Shown piece by piece: positions 48,511-60,999 of a stretch of DNA of 63,484 nt. The notes beneath the pieces are model-generated. The model was not told the DNA's origin and did not search any database. It saw only the letters and a program-made list of their open reading frames with translations. Origin of the DNA: Welwitschia mirabilis (taxonomy: Eukaryota); NCBI GenBank assembly GCA_051453625.1, contig JBOZIK010000001.1:49404588-49468071 (forward strand), read 5' to 3'. A program made the translations under genes and the position numbers. Numbering within the stretch: the stretch's first letter is position 1; each line of letters begins with the position of its first letter.

Positions 48511-51500
48511 ATGGCCTCCAAGGTGTTGAATGCAAAGTTTGAGGTGGAGAAGTTCAATGGCAAAAACAACTTTGAATGGTGGTAGATCAAGGTTAGAGAT
48601 CTACTGATTTAATAAGGATTGCATAAGGCATTGCAAGGGAAGAATCCTTCTAGCGTGTTTGATAATTAGTGAAAGGATCTAGGCTTGAGGCCCCAAAGTA
48701 CCGTCAGATTGATTCTTGTAGATCACGTTTTATTCAACATGACAAGGGAAGATGTTGTTTTTGTACTATGGACAAAGTTGAAAAGCATCTACATGATAAA
48801 GTACTTGACTAGTAAGTTGTACTTGAAGTCTAGCCTTTATGACTTTGAGATGAAGGTAGGCATGTCCATAGTGGATTATTTGAATGCTCTAAATGAGTTA
48901 ATATGTCATTTGTCAAGGATGGTAATGCAAATTGAAGAGAAGGATCAAGCTATTATCCTTTTCAAATCTCTTTTAGCATCCTAAAAACCTCTTGTCATGA
49001 CATTTATCTATAGGAAGGACACCATAGAAGTAGATATTGTGACTACGACACTCTTGTCAGAAGAGCAAATAAAATTGGCTATTGCAAGACTAGTTGTTGT
49101 AGGCTTATTGGCTAGAGGATGTACCATGGACATAAGGCATGACAAGTGAACACCAAGATCCAAGTCCAAATCTTAGAAGGATAACGAGAAGAATAACGAA
49201 TAGCATTGTTATCACAAAAAGGGGCATTTCATAAAGTAATGTAGCAAGCTAAAGGCAAAAGAAGAGTAGTAATAGGAAAATGAAGAGACATCTAGCTCTC
49301 GTACGAATTAGCCAATGTTGCCGATAACAAATAGTCTGGAGATGTGCTCACATCCATAGAATCACTTGGAGGAGATGAATAGAATCTTCATTTAGGAGCT
49401 GCATTACTCCCAATAGCTTATGATTTTGCACACACCAAGAAACTAATGGGGGATAGCTTCTAGTGAAAACATAAAATGAAGCCAAAATTGTTGGTGTTAA
49501 TACATAGTTCAAATTAACACCTATGACAAAGTTGTAAGAACTCCCATGGATGTGAATCACGCATCAAAAATAATGAGAGACTCATCTCTCTTAAATCATT
49601 GTATGGGCTTGTTTGCAAGTTCATTGGAAAGAATGATGCACTAAAAGTCATTAGAGGTTCTATCATTGTGAGGAGGGCTAAAACGAAAATAAATTTCTTT
49701 AAGTTGATGGTAGATACAATTATAGGGGATGCAGACACACTAAAGTTGGAGATTTCACTACATCACTATTGTGGTAGAAACATCTTAAACATATCAATGA
49801 GCTTGGGTTGAAGAAAGTATTGCAAAGGATGCTTCTCCTAGATTTGTAGCAAATAAAGACATTTTCTATGAGAATTGTGTGTATGGTAAACCATGTAGAG
49901 TGAATCTTCTCACAGCACAACAAGGAGCAATGATATCCTAGATTTAGTGCATAGTGATGTTTAGGGTCCTTATCCTTAAGCATCTTTGGAACATGAATGC
50001 TATTTCATCACCTTCATTAATGTTCAACTGAGAAATGTGTGGGATTTTCCTTTAAAAGTCTGATGCTTTTCAAGAGTATAAGGGATCCAAGCCCTAGGTA
50101 GAGAGGAGTGCTAGAAAGAAGATTAAGTATCTTCAAATAGATTACAATGGAGAGCACATTTCAAAGAAGTTCAAGTAATACTGCAAGTCAGAGGAACTAA
50201 GAGACACCTTATGATTCTAGGTACTTCATAGTAGAATGGTATTGTGGAAAGAATGAATCATACACTCATGGAATTTGCAAGAAGCATCAGGAATTTGCTA
50301 GTTTGCATAAAGGCTTCTAGGTTGAGGTGATCAGTGCTACATATTACATGACAAATAGAACACCATAGCTTGCTATTGATGCAACATTCTAGAGGAGGTG
50401 TGGAGTGGATCATGAGGTAGAGATGAGCACAAGAAGTAAGCTTGACCCAAAATCCAAGAAGTGAATCTTTCTTGGATATGTGAATGATGCTAAGGATTTG
50501 GGATTCTATCATGAGGAAGATCTTATTTAGCAAGGATGTCATCTTCAATGAATCATCACTTCTATAGTATAAAAACAAAGACGAGGTTGAGGTAACTCAC
50601 TATAAGGAGGAATTCCTTATAAAGATAGAGCCCTTTGAAAGTGAAAACAAGAAGAAGAACAGAAAAGATGCTTAATAGTAAGAGTCTGTTGTTAAATAGA
50701 CTTAGTTAGAGGATACTTAGCCTTAGGTGAAGCTTCAAAGATCTTTAAGACCAAACAAAAGTATTTCAGCAACTAGGTGTGATGATGAGTATGCATTTCT
50801 ATTATTAATTACTAAAATGAATGAGCCAATGTCTTATCAAAAGGCATTGAAAAACTTCCTAGAAGAATGAGTGGTAGGCAAATATGGGGAAAAAAATATT
50901 TGATGTATCTTAAAGAATCAAAGTTAGAAGTTGGTAATCTTTCAAAAGGAAGAAAAGCCATAGAGTGCAATGGTTGTTCAAAGTAAAGCATGCTATATCA
51001 AGACCCATTAATCAATTTAAAGAAAGATTGGTTGCCAAGTGTTATCTCTAGAAATTGGTGATAGAATTGTTTGATGTGTTTGCACTAGTACAAAAGTTAA
51101 CATCAACTCAAGTCATTTTGTCTTTAGATAAAATAGATGATCTTGAGTTAGAACAAATGGATGTAAGAATAGCTTTCTTACATGATGAACTAGAAGAAGA
51201 TATCTACATAAAGTAGCTAGAAGGGTTTGTAATAAAAGGAAAGGAAAATTTTATTTACGAACTTAAGGAGTCCTTGTATAAATTGAAAGAGATTCCAATG
51301 CAATGGTACATGAGGTCTGATTCTTTCATATGCAAGATTGATTTTCAAAGAACTTTCATAGGAACTGTGAGGTTGACAGCCTCATAAGGTTGGTTCTATA
51401 CATAGATGACATGATCATTGCAGGAAATAACATGATGATGATCAAAAAGTTGAATGAACTCTTGTTATTAGAGTTTGACATGAAGGACTTGGGTGAAGCC

Positions 51501-52358
51501 AAGTTGATCCTTAGAAATGGACATCGCTCCAAACAAACAGAATGGCACGTTATGGTTGTCTCAAGAATGATGTGTCAAAAAGGTTCTTGAGAGATCCAAG
51601 ATGCAAGATATAAAAATTGTTGATACTCCCACTGGAAGTTCTTTTAGGCCATCCTCTCAGCACTATCCAAAAATGGAAAAGGAAAAAGGAGTACACGTCT
51701 CATGTATCATACTCCTATGTTGTTAACAGTTTGATGTGGATGATGGTGGTGACCAGACTAGATATTTCTCATGCTATGGGTCTAGTTAGTAGATTGATGA
51801 GTAGTCCTTAAAATGAGTATTGGAAAGTAGTTTAGTGGATTTTCAGTTATTCAAGGGAACTTCATAATTGTGTATCTGCAATAGTAAAAAGATGATTACA
51901 GACTCTTGCAAGTTAGATTTTGTAGATGATTTAAATATAAGAAAGTCCACATCAAGTTAAACATTTACAATGGCAAAAGGACTTGTTTCATGAAAATCAA
52001 AGTTACAATTAGTAATGGCTCTTTAAACTTTGAAAGTAGAGTACATTTTTTCTTTAATAACATGCAATAAAGGGATTTGACTAGAGAATCTCATAAAAGG
52101 GCTAATACGACCACAAGAAAAGATGTCAATTTAAGTGATAGTCAGAGTGCCATATCTTTAGTATACAATCCAACATCTCATGAGATGTTTAAGCACATTT
52201 AAGTGAAATATCTCTTTGTATGACAATAGATCAAGGAAGCATGTATTGATCTACAAAAGATTCACACTTTAGCAAATCCTACAAATATGTTCACAAAACC
52301 TCTGCAAGTGGAGAAGTTTAGATGGTGCCTAAACGCCTTGCAACTTTGTCAAAGGTAG
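48511..52358 (+). pseudogene. Copia gag-pol pseudogene (many stops and frameshifts)
   Basis: gag, zinc knuckle (CYHKKGHF), integrase, RT and RNase H motifs in Copia order. ORFs 48685-48984, 51390-51590 and 51617-51811 are its fragments. Confidence 0.88.
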
Positions 52359-52426
52359 TTGAGCAGATAAGAATTAGGGCTGTGATGCTAAAGAAATAGA
52401 AGGCGATTTCAATTCAAGGTGGAAAT

Positions 52427-53000
52427 TGGAGGAATATAAGCCTTAAATTAGCTCTTTCATCTTTTTTCTAAGTTTATCCTCACCCTAAGTTAGTTATTTC
52501 TAATAAATTGTCACACCCCATACAAGTAATGAAACCAAAATTCTAAATGTTAAAGCATGTCTATTTTAGGGTCTTATCCAACATAGTAAATGTTAGAGTA
52601 GGTGTATTTTAGGACCTTGCCCAAAATAGTAAATGTCAAAGCATGTTGATTTTGAAATTTTCCTCATTTAACAGTAATGCTAGGTCTATGGGCATAATAC
52701 TTCAATACCTTGGGTAAGTGAGAGTAGCAAGTTGTGGGCTAGGATGTTTCTATTATACTATAGAGTTGCATTATAATCTCTTCTATTTTGATCATCCTTC
52801 AATGAAAATCCCTTTTTCCATGGAGGTAGGTGGACCGCTAAACCATGTTAAATCTTGGTGTGTCTTTCTATTTATTCTTCCTTGTTGCATGTTATTATGG
52901 CCACTATTCTTCTGGTATTCCACATTCAACATTCCTTTATTTCACAACTAGTTGATTCAAGTAGCTTTTATAGTTCAGTACATGTATATTTTTTGCAACA
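52427..53000 (+). repeat. 3' LTR of Tork-like Copia
   Basis: Follows the PPT, is a direct repeat of 47935-48470, and is followed by TSD CTTTC. Confidence 0.85.
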
Positions 53001-55100
53001 CTTTCTACATTTGTTTTCCAAGGCAAAGGAGGCTTTCATATCTCCCATGACCCTCTAAGTGATGCACTTATCCATCTACAATTCTTTAAGCATTCCAATC
53101 ATAGGTATTTACAGAAGAGAACACTTTCAACTTATATATTTCCTATTTGAAGTATCATGCATGTCACGAACCACAACTTTGGTTTGTTTAACATTGATCT
53201 TCATTCTAAAGTGATGGAAAAATTTAATCCAAATGTGAAGTAATCTTCATTCTAAGGTGATGGAAAAAGGTAACCCAAATATGCAACATATTTTATAAAC
53301 CCTATCTTACTTTAGAAATTAATGCAACATCATGTACAAAATAGCATGTAGTTTGCAAGAAAAATCTATATTTGTATAGAATGATTAGACGAGAATTCGT
53401 TTAGATTCATCAATAAGAATTCCAAAAAGTGCAGGAGAGAGAGGAAAACTCTGCTTAGTATAAATTACAATATGAAACATCATGTTTTTCTGAGAAACAT
53501 TCTGTATGAGGTAAATGTCTACATGTTTATAAAGCTTCTAAAATGTTGAGAATAAAGCCACTAGAGCTTTAGTATTCTATAATCATTGCTAAAATTTATT
53601 CTTGATGACTAAACCATATGCTTTAGAAAAATTCAAAAAATAAATGAATGTCTTTTATCTAGACCTTTAGCTTCATCAATAACATGCTTCAAAGTGATAA
53701 AATGATCTATTGTAGAATGATATTGCTGAAAGCCTCCTGAAGAAATTACTTAAGATTTATTTCCTTTTCCAATTTACTAATCTTTATTTCACTTAGAGTC
53801 CCTAGGAGTTTTGCAAAAAATTGTTTATGACAATCAATTTGTAATTATTTAAATTTGATGTATTCTCCTTTGTAAACAAGTTGATAACCTTGTTAATGTA
53901 TCATTCTTTGTCCAATCCAAATCCTAATGCATTTTACCAAACTACTTGCCAAATAAAAGACCCACCCCACTTTAACATTTCCTCATATGCGCCTTTGTAG
54001 TTACCATATTCCCTAAATCTAGTCTTTGGATTCCTTCAAGTCTTGATAAAAATTCTAAATATGTCAAAGAGTAAAATTACATTCTGTTGTTTTTCTATTT
54101 TAAAATGACTTCGAAAAATTTCTTTCTTCTTCTAATCAGTTGTAATCATTCTGAATGTGTTTCTTTAATAAATTTTCTTTTCTTATTGTGGATTAGATTC
54201 TTGTGGGATTTTATTCTTTCTATTAACTTTTTAAGCACTTACAATTCATCCTTGCTTCTCTTCATTCATTGTCGAACCATGTGTTTTCTTCATAATTCAT
54301 CACTTAGATATATGTCGAGTTGTAGCTAATAAGATTTTTGAAATATTTGTAAAAGAATCCAATATTTTTAAACTTCAATTGAAAATATTGCTTTACTTTT
54401 TCTACCATTTTACACAAATTTCCTTTTGGTTGTTGAAAAGGATGAAAATAGGCTAGAATGACAAAATCTAAAGGATGATTCAAAGATTCAAGTAAATTGC
54501 CACCTACTTCATATTGTCAAATACTTGGAAGATCCATTAGATTAGTGATTAAGAAATCTCACTTGAACAACCTTGAGGACCTATAGAGTAAAAGCATTAG
54601 AGTCTGACAATCTTTTCATTTCATTCAAAACTAAAGAATCTAATTCTTATGCCCATTGTAGTAATTCTTTTTCTCTACAATTGCAGACTTTATCTTGAGA
54701 ATATCTAGTTCATTCAATATCCTTTCATTATCTAAAAATCCTCAAAAGTCCCAATTGATAATTCGAACTTATTTAGAACTAATTCTAGCATTGAAGTCTC
54801 CACAAATAAATATTTTTCCAAGATAGGAGAAATTAACAATATTTGTACTTAAGTATTGAAATGAATAGTCTTACAAAAGGCTATGAGAAATTAACAATAT
54901 TTGTACTTAGGTATTGAAATGAATAGTCTCACAAAAGGCCTTCTCTATTGTGTGGAGTAACTTATTTTAGAGCAAAACAATAGAAGACAAAGTACAAAGC
55001 ATTTTTCCATTGTGTGATTTTAAGCTAAACATATTGGTTATTGTCGTCTACCTTTTCAATTTGATTTGTTTACCCAAGCTATTACAAATCAAAATAGCCA
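53001..55100 (-). mobile_element. N-terminal/central part of an RTE/RTEX-like LINE ORF2 (endonuclease + RT)
   Basis: The minus strand reads FICGDFNARI at 54781-54810, NFSKAY at ~53615-53633, TKQSFPLSPALF (GVKQGCPLSP.LF) at ~53425-53460, FVHDVALIS (FADD..L) at ~53313-53341, INVKQTKVVV at ~53168-53198, and KYL*L at ~53097-53111. Confidence 0.75.
54827..54940. repeat. 58-bp tandem duplication
   Basis: gagaaattaacaatatttgtactta(a/g)gtattgaaatgaatagtct(t/c)acaaaaggc occurs twice. Confidence 0.9.
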
Positions 55101-56699
55101 AACCTCCAAATGGTCTACATTTTCTATTATTTTTTTATTATGAAAATAAGTAACATTAAAACCAAAAACTGATAAATGTGAAGGTTCATTATCCTTTTAA
55201 GCCTTTGCAATGTCACAAATATCCAACCTATCAAAAAAAATAAATGCTACAAAAACCAAGAACTTTATTTACTACATAGCCATCAATATTTAAAAATTCA
55301 TAGTGTGAAAATTGAAGTTCCTATTTCATCGGATTTTGAATAACTATAATGTATTAAAAATGCTTAAAATCCTTTTAAATAATTAATTCATGTTTAACTC
55401 TTTTATCAAAAGGAAAAAAACATTAGTGACTTTCTAAACAATATGCTATAATTATGTCCAAATCATTTCACCAAGCTTATCCATTTTCAACTTTCAATGT
55501 GAAAGATCTTCATACAATTGTTATGATTTTACTATTGTTAAAAACATCTCTCTATCATTACATGGTGATGGATGATTACATATTTCAAGTTAATTCACCA
55601 CGAACGATACAAAGCTAGAGTAGTATTATGATATTTTAGAGGACCTTATGTCCATTTTATATAGTCTCATGGAAGATGAAGGATTACATGAGAATACATT
55701 ACTCTAATTGAGTGAATCATGGTCAAACTTTGAATGGAGATCATGGTGGAGGAATAGCTAAATAGAGAGAAACAACAATTTTGAACATAAGCATGAATAA
55801 GTCAAGGCTAATCATCTTAAAAATAAATAATCTTATTTTCATGGAGCAAAGAAACAATATCGGTATTTAAATTCTTCCTTAGCTTGATTTTACCCTAACA
55901 ACGAGAGGATTCATTAGTGTCCTTATTCCTTTTGATAGTAGTGTACATATGATTCTAGAACTTATGTCTTAGGTTTAGGCTTGTTCTTTAAATAATATGA
56001 TATGTTCATTAATATTTTTAATTATTGTTTTTCTATGCAAATTTGGTGTGACCAACGTATGATGTATTATGCATCAATAGTTGTGGGTAAAGAGATACAT
56101 AAATGTATCTTCTAAGTCCTCTGTTATTGGATTTTCTCTAAATGATTATTTGAATTATAAACAATGTATCATCATTACCAAAGAGTTATTTTGATGCCTG
56201 AGAGGAATTGGCGTAATTGATCTATAGTTCTAAGAATAGTTATTGTGAAGGGAACATTTTTACATATATGCCTATGAACAAAACAATACATCTCATGAAG
56301 CTAAAGAGCTATTTAAGGATTTAAAAATTAAAAATGGACAAAAGTGTTTTGCAAGGTAGGTTTATCTATTTTAGATACATCACCTCATTTCATTATTACA
56401 TCATCTTCAAAAACTAGATATTTTGAGCGATAGCTTAAGTCATCAAATTCCTCATTTCCTAAATAATAACAACATTATGAGTATTACTATAATAAGTAAA
56501 CATAGATAAGACCATTGGAAACTCTATGAGAAGCTACAATACCTAAGATTTCCTAAGTTACCCATAGCTCCTATAATCTCATAAGAACTACAAAAGACCT
56601 AATCCTTATAACATCCATAAGATAATATGCAAAAGAACCTTAATTCTATCCTACAAATGCTTAACTAATGACATCAAACAATAAGAAATCCTTGTTTGA

Positions 56700-57131
56700 G
56701 CTATAAATTAAAGGCATCATGCACTCTACATATAAAAGATACACCTACTATCCCAATTCGAAGGAGGAGGACTAACCTTTATATAACACTTGAGAATGCC
56801 ACATTAAATGCTGATACAAATACTATTGAATTGATCATCTGAACTTGTAAATAAGTGAAGAAACTAAGGAGGAATCCTTATACAAAGCTCACTTCTAATA
56901 CAACATTTCAAAAAATAATAGTTTCCTAAGAATGTAGCCTAGACGATACGTAGGTCACACTAAAAAAGGCAATCGATAAGAAGTACAGCTTGATAAGCAA
57001 GTAGAAGGAATAAAATCTACTCTCACTAAATACAAATCCCATATTATAGCCAATAGTTACCACTAGGTATATGACATTAACTACCAAAAACAATTTTCCA
57101 CTATGGCTCGCATGAAGACACTTATTATTCC
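56700..57131 (+). pseudogene. Ty1/Copia RT N-terminal remnant, interrupted by a Sirevirus insertion
   Basis: KYKSHIIANSYH*VYDINYQKQFSTMARMKTL at ~57028-57123 resembles RYKARLVAKGY.Q..G.DY.ETFSPVARM.T. Confidence 0.7.
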
Positions 57132-58287
57132 TATAGGATCTAGAAACCTGATGGGGTGAATAGGATTTATAATTAAATATTACCCGCTAGAAAATTCACC
57201 AAAAATATTTGAGCATTCTAATTAATGGGCTAAGCTATTATTAAATCAAATGAAGGAACATGGAAATAACTAAAAATAGAAAATACCAAAGAAGATCACC
57301 AGACACAAGTTTATAGTGGTTCGAGAACCCCCCCTACTCCACTTTCGATAGTCAGCTTCAACCCTAAGCTGATTTGGATCCTTGCTGCTCTCTTTCCAGG
57401 TTTTTCAAGTCAACCTATAACCTTTACAAATGGACTTTTTGAAGCTAACTCTCAAGCTTTACAAAGCAAAGCTTTTGGTGACAATAGTGTGCTAGAATGC
57501 ATTGACTCTACTAGATCTAAAGTATAACAAAGTAAAAAATACATTGTCTGAAAGTAAGTTCACGAGTCCACGTACATACAGTACAGTCTGTTTGGCCAAG
57601 ATCTCAATAATCCAAAAGAGTGCTTTTTCCTTTTGATCTGTCAAAAAGCCGTATGGAGATTTTGATTCATATGTCTTATATAGAAGACGGATTTTAGGGT
57701 TTACAAATGAATCTGATACCCCAACGATTAAAAATAAGGAGACAATAGCTAAAAATAGGCTAGAAAGCTTTGTTTTTGCCACAACCGGTTGACCCCTCGA
57801 AGCATCCGGTCGTCCCCATTGACTGCCGTCACTAAAGTCGGTCGACCCCATTTTCTTTCAGTCGACCTGAGTTCTTTACGTCACCTAGTCCGGTCGACCC
57901 TATTTAAAATCTTGTTGATCACATATGGTCCAGGTTCAGTTGACCCCCTTTTTGATTCGATCAACCCCTTATCAACTTGATATGAAACATTTTTAGCAAA
58001 AGGTCCGGTCAACCCCCCTGAAATCCAGTTGACCCTCGATAAATTGATTTGACAATTTTTGGCATAGGTTTGGTCGGTCCCTCTGGGATTCGGTCGACCC
58101 CTTGATAAATTGATCAAATAAATTTTGCTACAGGTCTAGTCAACCCCTCTGGGATTTGGTCGATCCCTTATTTGTTTTGTCACTTGTTAGGTTCATGCAA
58201 AGACTATTATTTTTTACAATAATTGCAACATATTTTGCTGTAGCAAATATGTTAGTTTGACATCAACTTAGCAAATATACCTTAACA
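57132..58287 (-). repeat. Sirevirus 3' LTR with a GGTCGACC palindrome cluster (~57785-58170)
   Basis: Starts TGTTAAG (minus) right after the PPT. About 12 ggtcgaccc/ggttgaccc/ggtcaaccc copies. Confidence 0.8.
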
Positions 58288-58639
58288 ATATCCCCCTTTG
58301 ACATTGATGGCAAACTATACTTGATTATATATAACAACTTGTCAAGCTTATCACGAAAACTCTCCCTCACAATACGCCCATAATAAAAGTGTGAAATATT
58401 ACTGACCAGAATAACAACATGTTTATTTAAAACAAGCATTCATAATGATTTTGCAAAGATAAACAGTTAATCAAGATTTTGAAGGCATAGTCTATAAGGA
58501 ATATGTCATTCATTAGTAAGTAGTATAACTGATATAAACATTCATTACTATTAACCAAACTTAAGTAGTACAACTGATAGACGATCATGCTAAAAAGAAA
58601 CGTCTGACGTAGACTAATTTTATAGACAGTTTTTGCTCC

Positions 58640-59925
58640 CCCTTTCGACATTAATAGCAAAGGAGAGAAAACAATAGCCAGAAAAACAACAATACCAATA
58701 ACAATAACCACAAGAAGACTAGCCTGATTCTTCGTCTTCCTCTTCCCCATATTCTTTTTTAGAATCTGGGTCTTCTTCTTCGTCTTCTTTTGCCACCTTT
58801 TGCTAAGAGCTATCGGCTTCCTCAGAAGTGTTTGCAATTTCGTAGCTTACTACAACGAGTGCCTCCTTTATGTAATGAGTGCACAAATCTAGCCTTTCAT
58901 GGTACGAAAGAGTCTCTTCAGGGGAGGCCTACTTCTGAGAAGGAAATTTAGAAGATTTCTTAGAGCCAGAGAAAATGTGCATTTCGGATAGAGTAGCACA
59001 CTCAATGGAAGACACGGGAGTTAAGGTTTTAAGTTTGGGGTTCATTTAGACCCTAAAGTGAAAAGAGATATTTGCAATCAGGACAGAGTAAGGAAGAGCC
59101 CAAGTCTTGTGGTATTCTAACTAAGAGATCATGTTCTTAAGAATGATGGCAGAAGCATTAATGGAGTGATGAGTTCCCACCAAATACAAAAGATAAGCAC
59201 AATAATTTGAGGTCTGGCCAGCAAGAGGTAAAATATTTATAGATGAAAACTAGATGAAGAAAGTGATATTTGGGAATAAGATGGGAGGTGGAAGGGGTAG
59301 GTTTCCACCAAATGAGTTTCCCATAGAGCTCCTTGGTGATTTCCGCCTTGTCATCCATCGAGTCACGCAAGGGCCAGAACTCCTCATAATCTCCTCTAAG
59401 AACNNNNNNNNNNAGGCTATCAGATCTGAGGTAACTCTTATTCTTTTCTCCAAAACAAATGTCGAAAGGGTAGAGGAATCTACATCATAAGAAGCATTAC
59501 AATAAAACATGTAAGTAAGAAAAGGGTATACGAGCCCAGAAACCTCAAGGAAATAAGAGAGATCTAGGTCATTAAGCAATCTTACCACATCCCTGAGTTC
59601 TCTAAGTGCCCCTGAAGCTACTGGCCTCTCCTAACAGATAAGCTTCTTTTCAAACTTCTCAGTAAACTTGTCCAAGGCTTCATCTGACATTCCTAAGTAG
59701 AAGTAGCATAGATCCTTACCTGCAGCCTCATTTTTATCTTGCTCTTCTTGAAGGTCCTTCTACCATGGAGACACGTGGCACTTGCTGAAGACCAAGGGAG
59801 GAGGAAGGAAACTGACAAGATCTGAAACAAATAGGGTGACAGGTGGAAATGAAGTAGGTAGGGTTCCAAAAAGATTTTATAAGGGAGGTGAAATAAGCTG
59901 AATCTGAGGAAAAAATCGGGTCCAT
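58640..59925 (-). pseudogene. Sirevirus env-like (ORF2) pseudogene
   Basis: Lies between the pol end and the PPT. ORF 59250-59588 contains VYPFLTYMFYCNA...STFVLEKRIRVT, the YP.LV..FY.N...V.G..I pattern of retrotransposon extra ORFs. Confidence 0.6.
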
Positions 59926-60999
59926 TGCCTTTCTTCTACTCCAAACCCGACAGGTCCAATTGACGGGTTTATGGTTCGGTAAACCTGTCGAGATGCAGGC
60001 CAAAAAATGTTCCAAATCTGATCGACCAGGACTTCAATCTAGCCAACTTGACTAATTCCAATTTTACCTGGGAAAAGTCTAGACGATCTGGTTAAATTTC
60101 GGTCGACCCAACTTCTCCAAGGTTTGGTTTACCGAATTATAAATCCAGTCGACCACCTTACTTTCAGTCTGAGGACGAAGAAACAAACCTTAATTTGCGA
60201 CAAAGACTCAAAAGATTATCCAAGGTTAGGGGTTTCATAAAAATATCCGCTAGTTGTTTATCAATGCTTACAAAATTCATGGAAACGTTACATTTTTCTA
60301 CTTGATCTCTAAGAAAATGATGTCTAAGTTAAATATCTTTAGATTGAGAATGTTGAACAGGGTTTTTGGGATATTACACCTATATTATCACAAAAACTTG
60401 ATACCTGACTATAGTTAACTCCAAAGTCTTTAAGCATTTCTTTTATCCATAAAAGATGGGTACACCAACATCCTACCCCTATGTATTCTGCCTCTATTGT
60501 GGAAAGAGAAATAGAATTTTGCTTTCTATTTGCGCATCCTACCAAGCATAATCCTAGAAGGAAACAATTTCCACTGGTGTTTTTATGATCATCTTTGCAA
60601 CCAGCCCAATCTGCATCACTAAAACCTGTAAGCTCAAAAAAAGTTTATGTGGCGTACCATAGCCCATAGTCACCTGTGCCTTTAATATACCTTATAATTC
60701 TTTTGACAACTTGAAGGTGTGATTCCTTTGGTTTAATTTGATATCTTGCACACACAGCAATACTAATCATTATGTTAGGCATATTAGCAGTTAAATATCA
60801 TAGGCTTCCTATCATGCTCCTATAAAGTTTTTGATCCACTAATTTACGATGATCATCAAGGCTGACTTTATGTGAAGTCGATATAGAAGTGCTAGTTGAT
60901 TTTGCATTTACAATCCCAAATCGCTTAATTTACTCCTTTGAGTAGTTTGATTGAGAGTTGAAAATACCTTGTTTTGTTTTTTTAATTTGTAGACCAAAA

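Larger units (their letters stand above)
47935..53000 (+). mobile_element. Full-length but degenerate Ty1/Copia LTR retrotransposon (Tork/Tnt1-like) with TSD
   Basis: LTRs at 47935-48470 and 52427-53000 both end ttttgcaaca. TSD CTTTC at 47930-47934 and 53001-53005. PBS tggtattagtgt at ~48473. gag MASKVLNAKFEVEKFNGKNNF from 48511. Integrase DLVHSDV at ~49941. RT EQMDVRIAFLH, LYIDDM and EFDMKDLG. RNase H NPTNMFTKP. PPT aaggtggaaat at 52416-52426. Confidence 0.92.
57132..60999 (-). mobile_element. Sirevirus (SIRE, Ty1/Copia) 3' half: RT/RNase H, env-like ORF, multiple PPTs, 3' LTR
   Basis: RT PNIMISIAVCARYQ and RNase H RKQNSISLSTIEAEYIG (60165-60999). env-like remnant ~58640-59925. PPT units tttgccatcaatgtcaaagggggatat (58288-58314) and ~58635-58660. 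The LTR at 57132-58287 carries CCTATTCACCCC (U5 end) and AGTGGAGTAGG...GAACCACTATAAA motifs. Confidence 0.88.

Noticed and set aside
46300-53290. Small tandem duplications (22 bp at ~46300, 24 bp at ~47729, ~46 bp at ~53198)
   Set aside because: Ordinary slippage or repair duplications in neutral DNA, with no shared motif.
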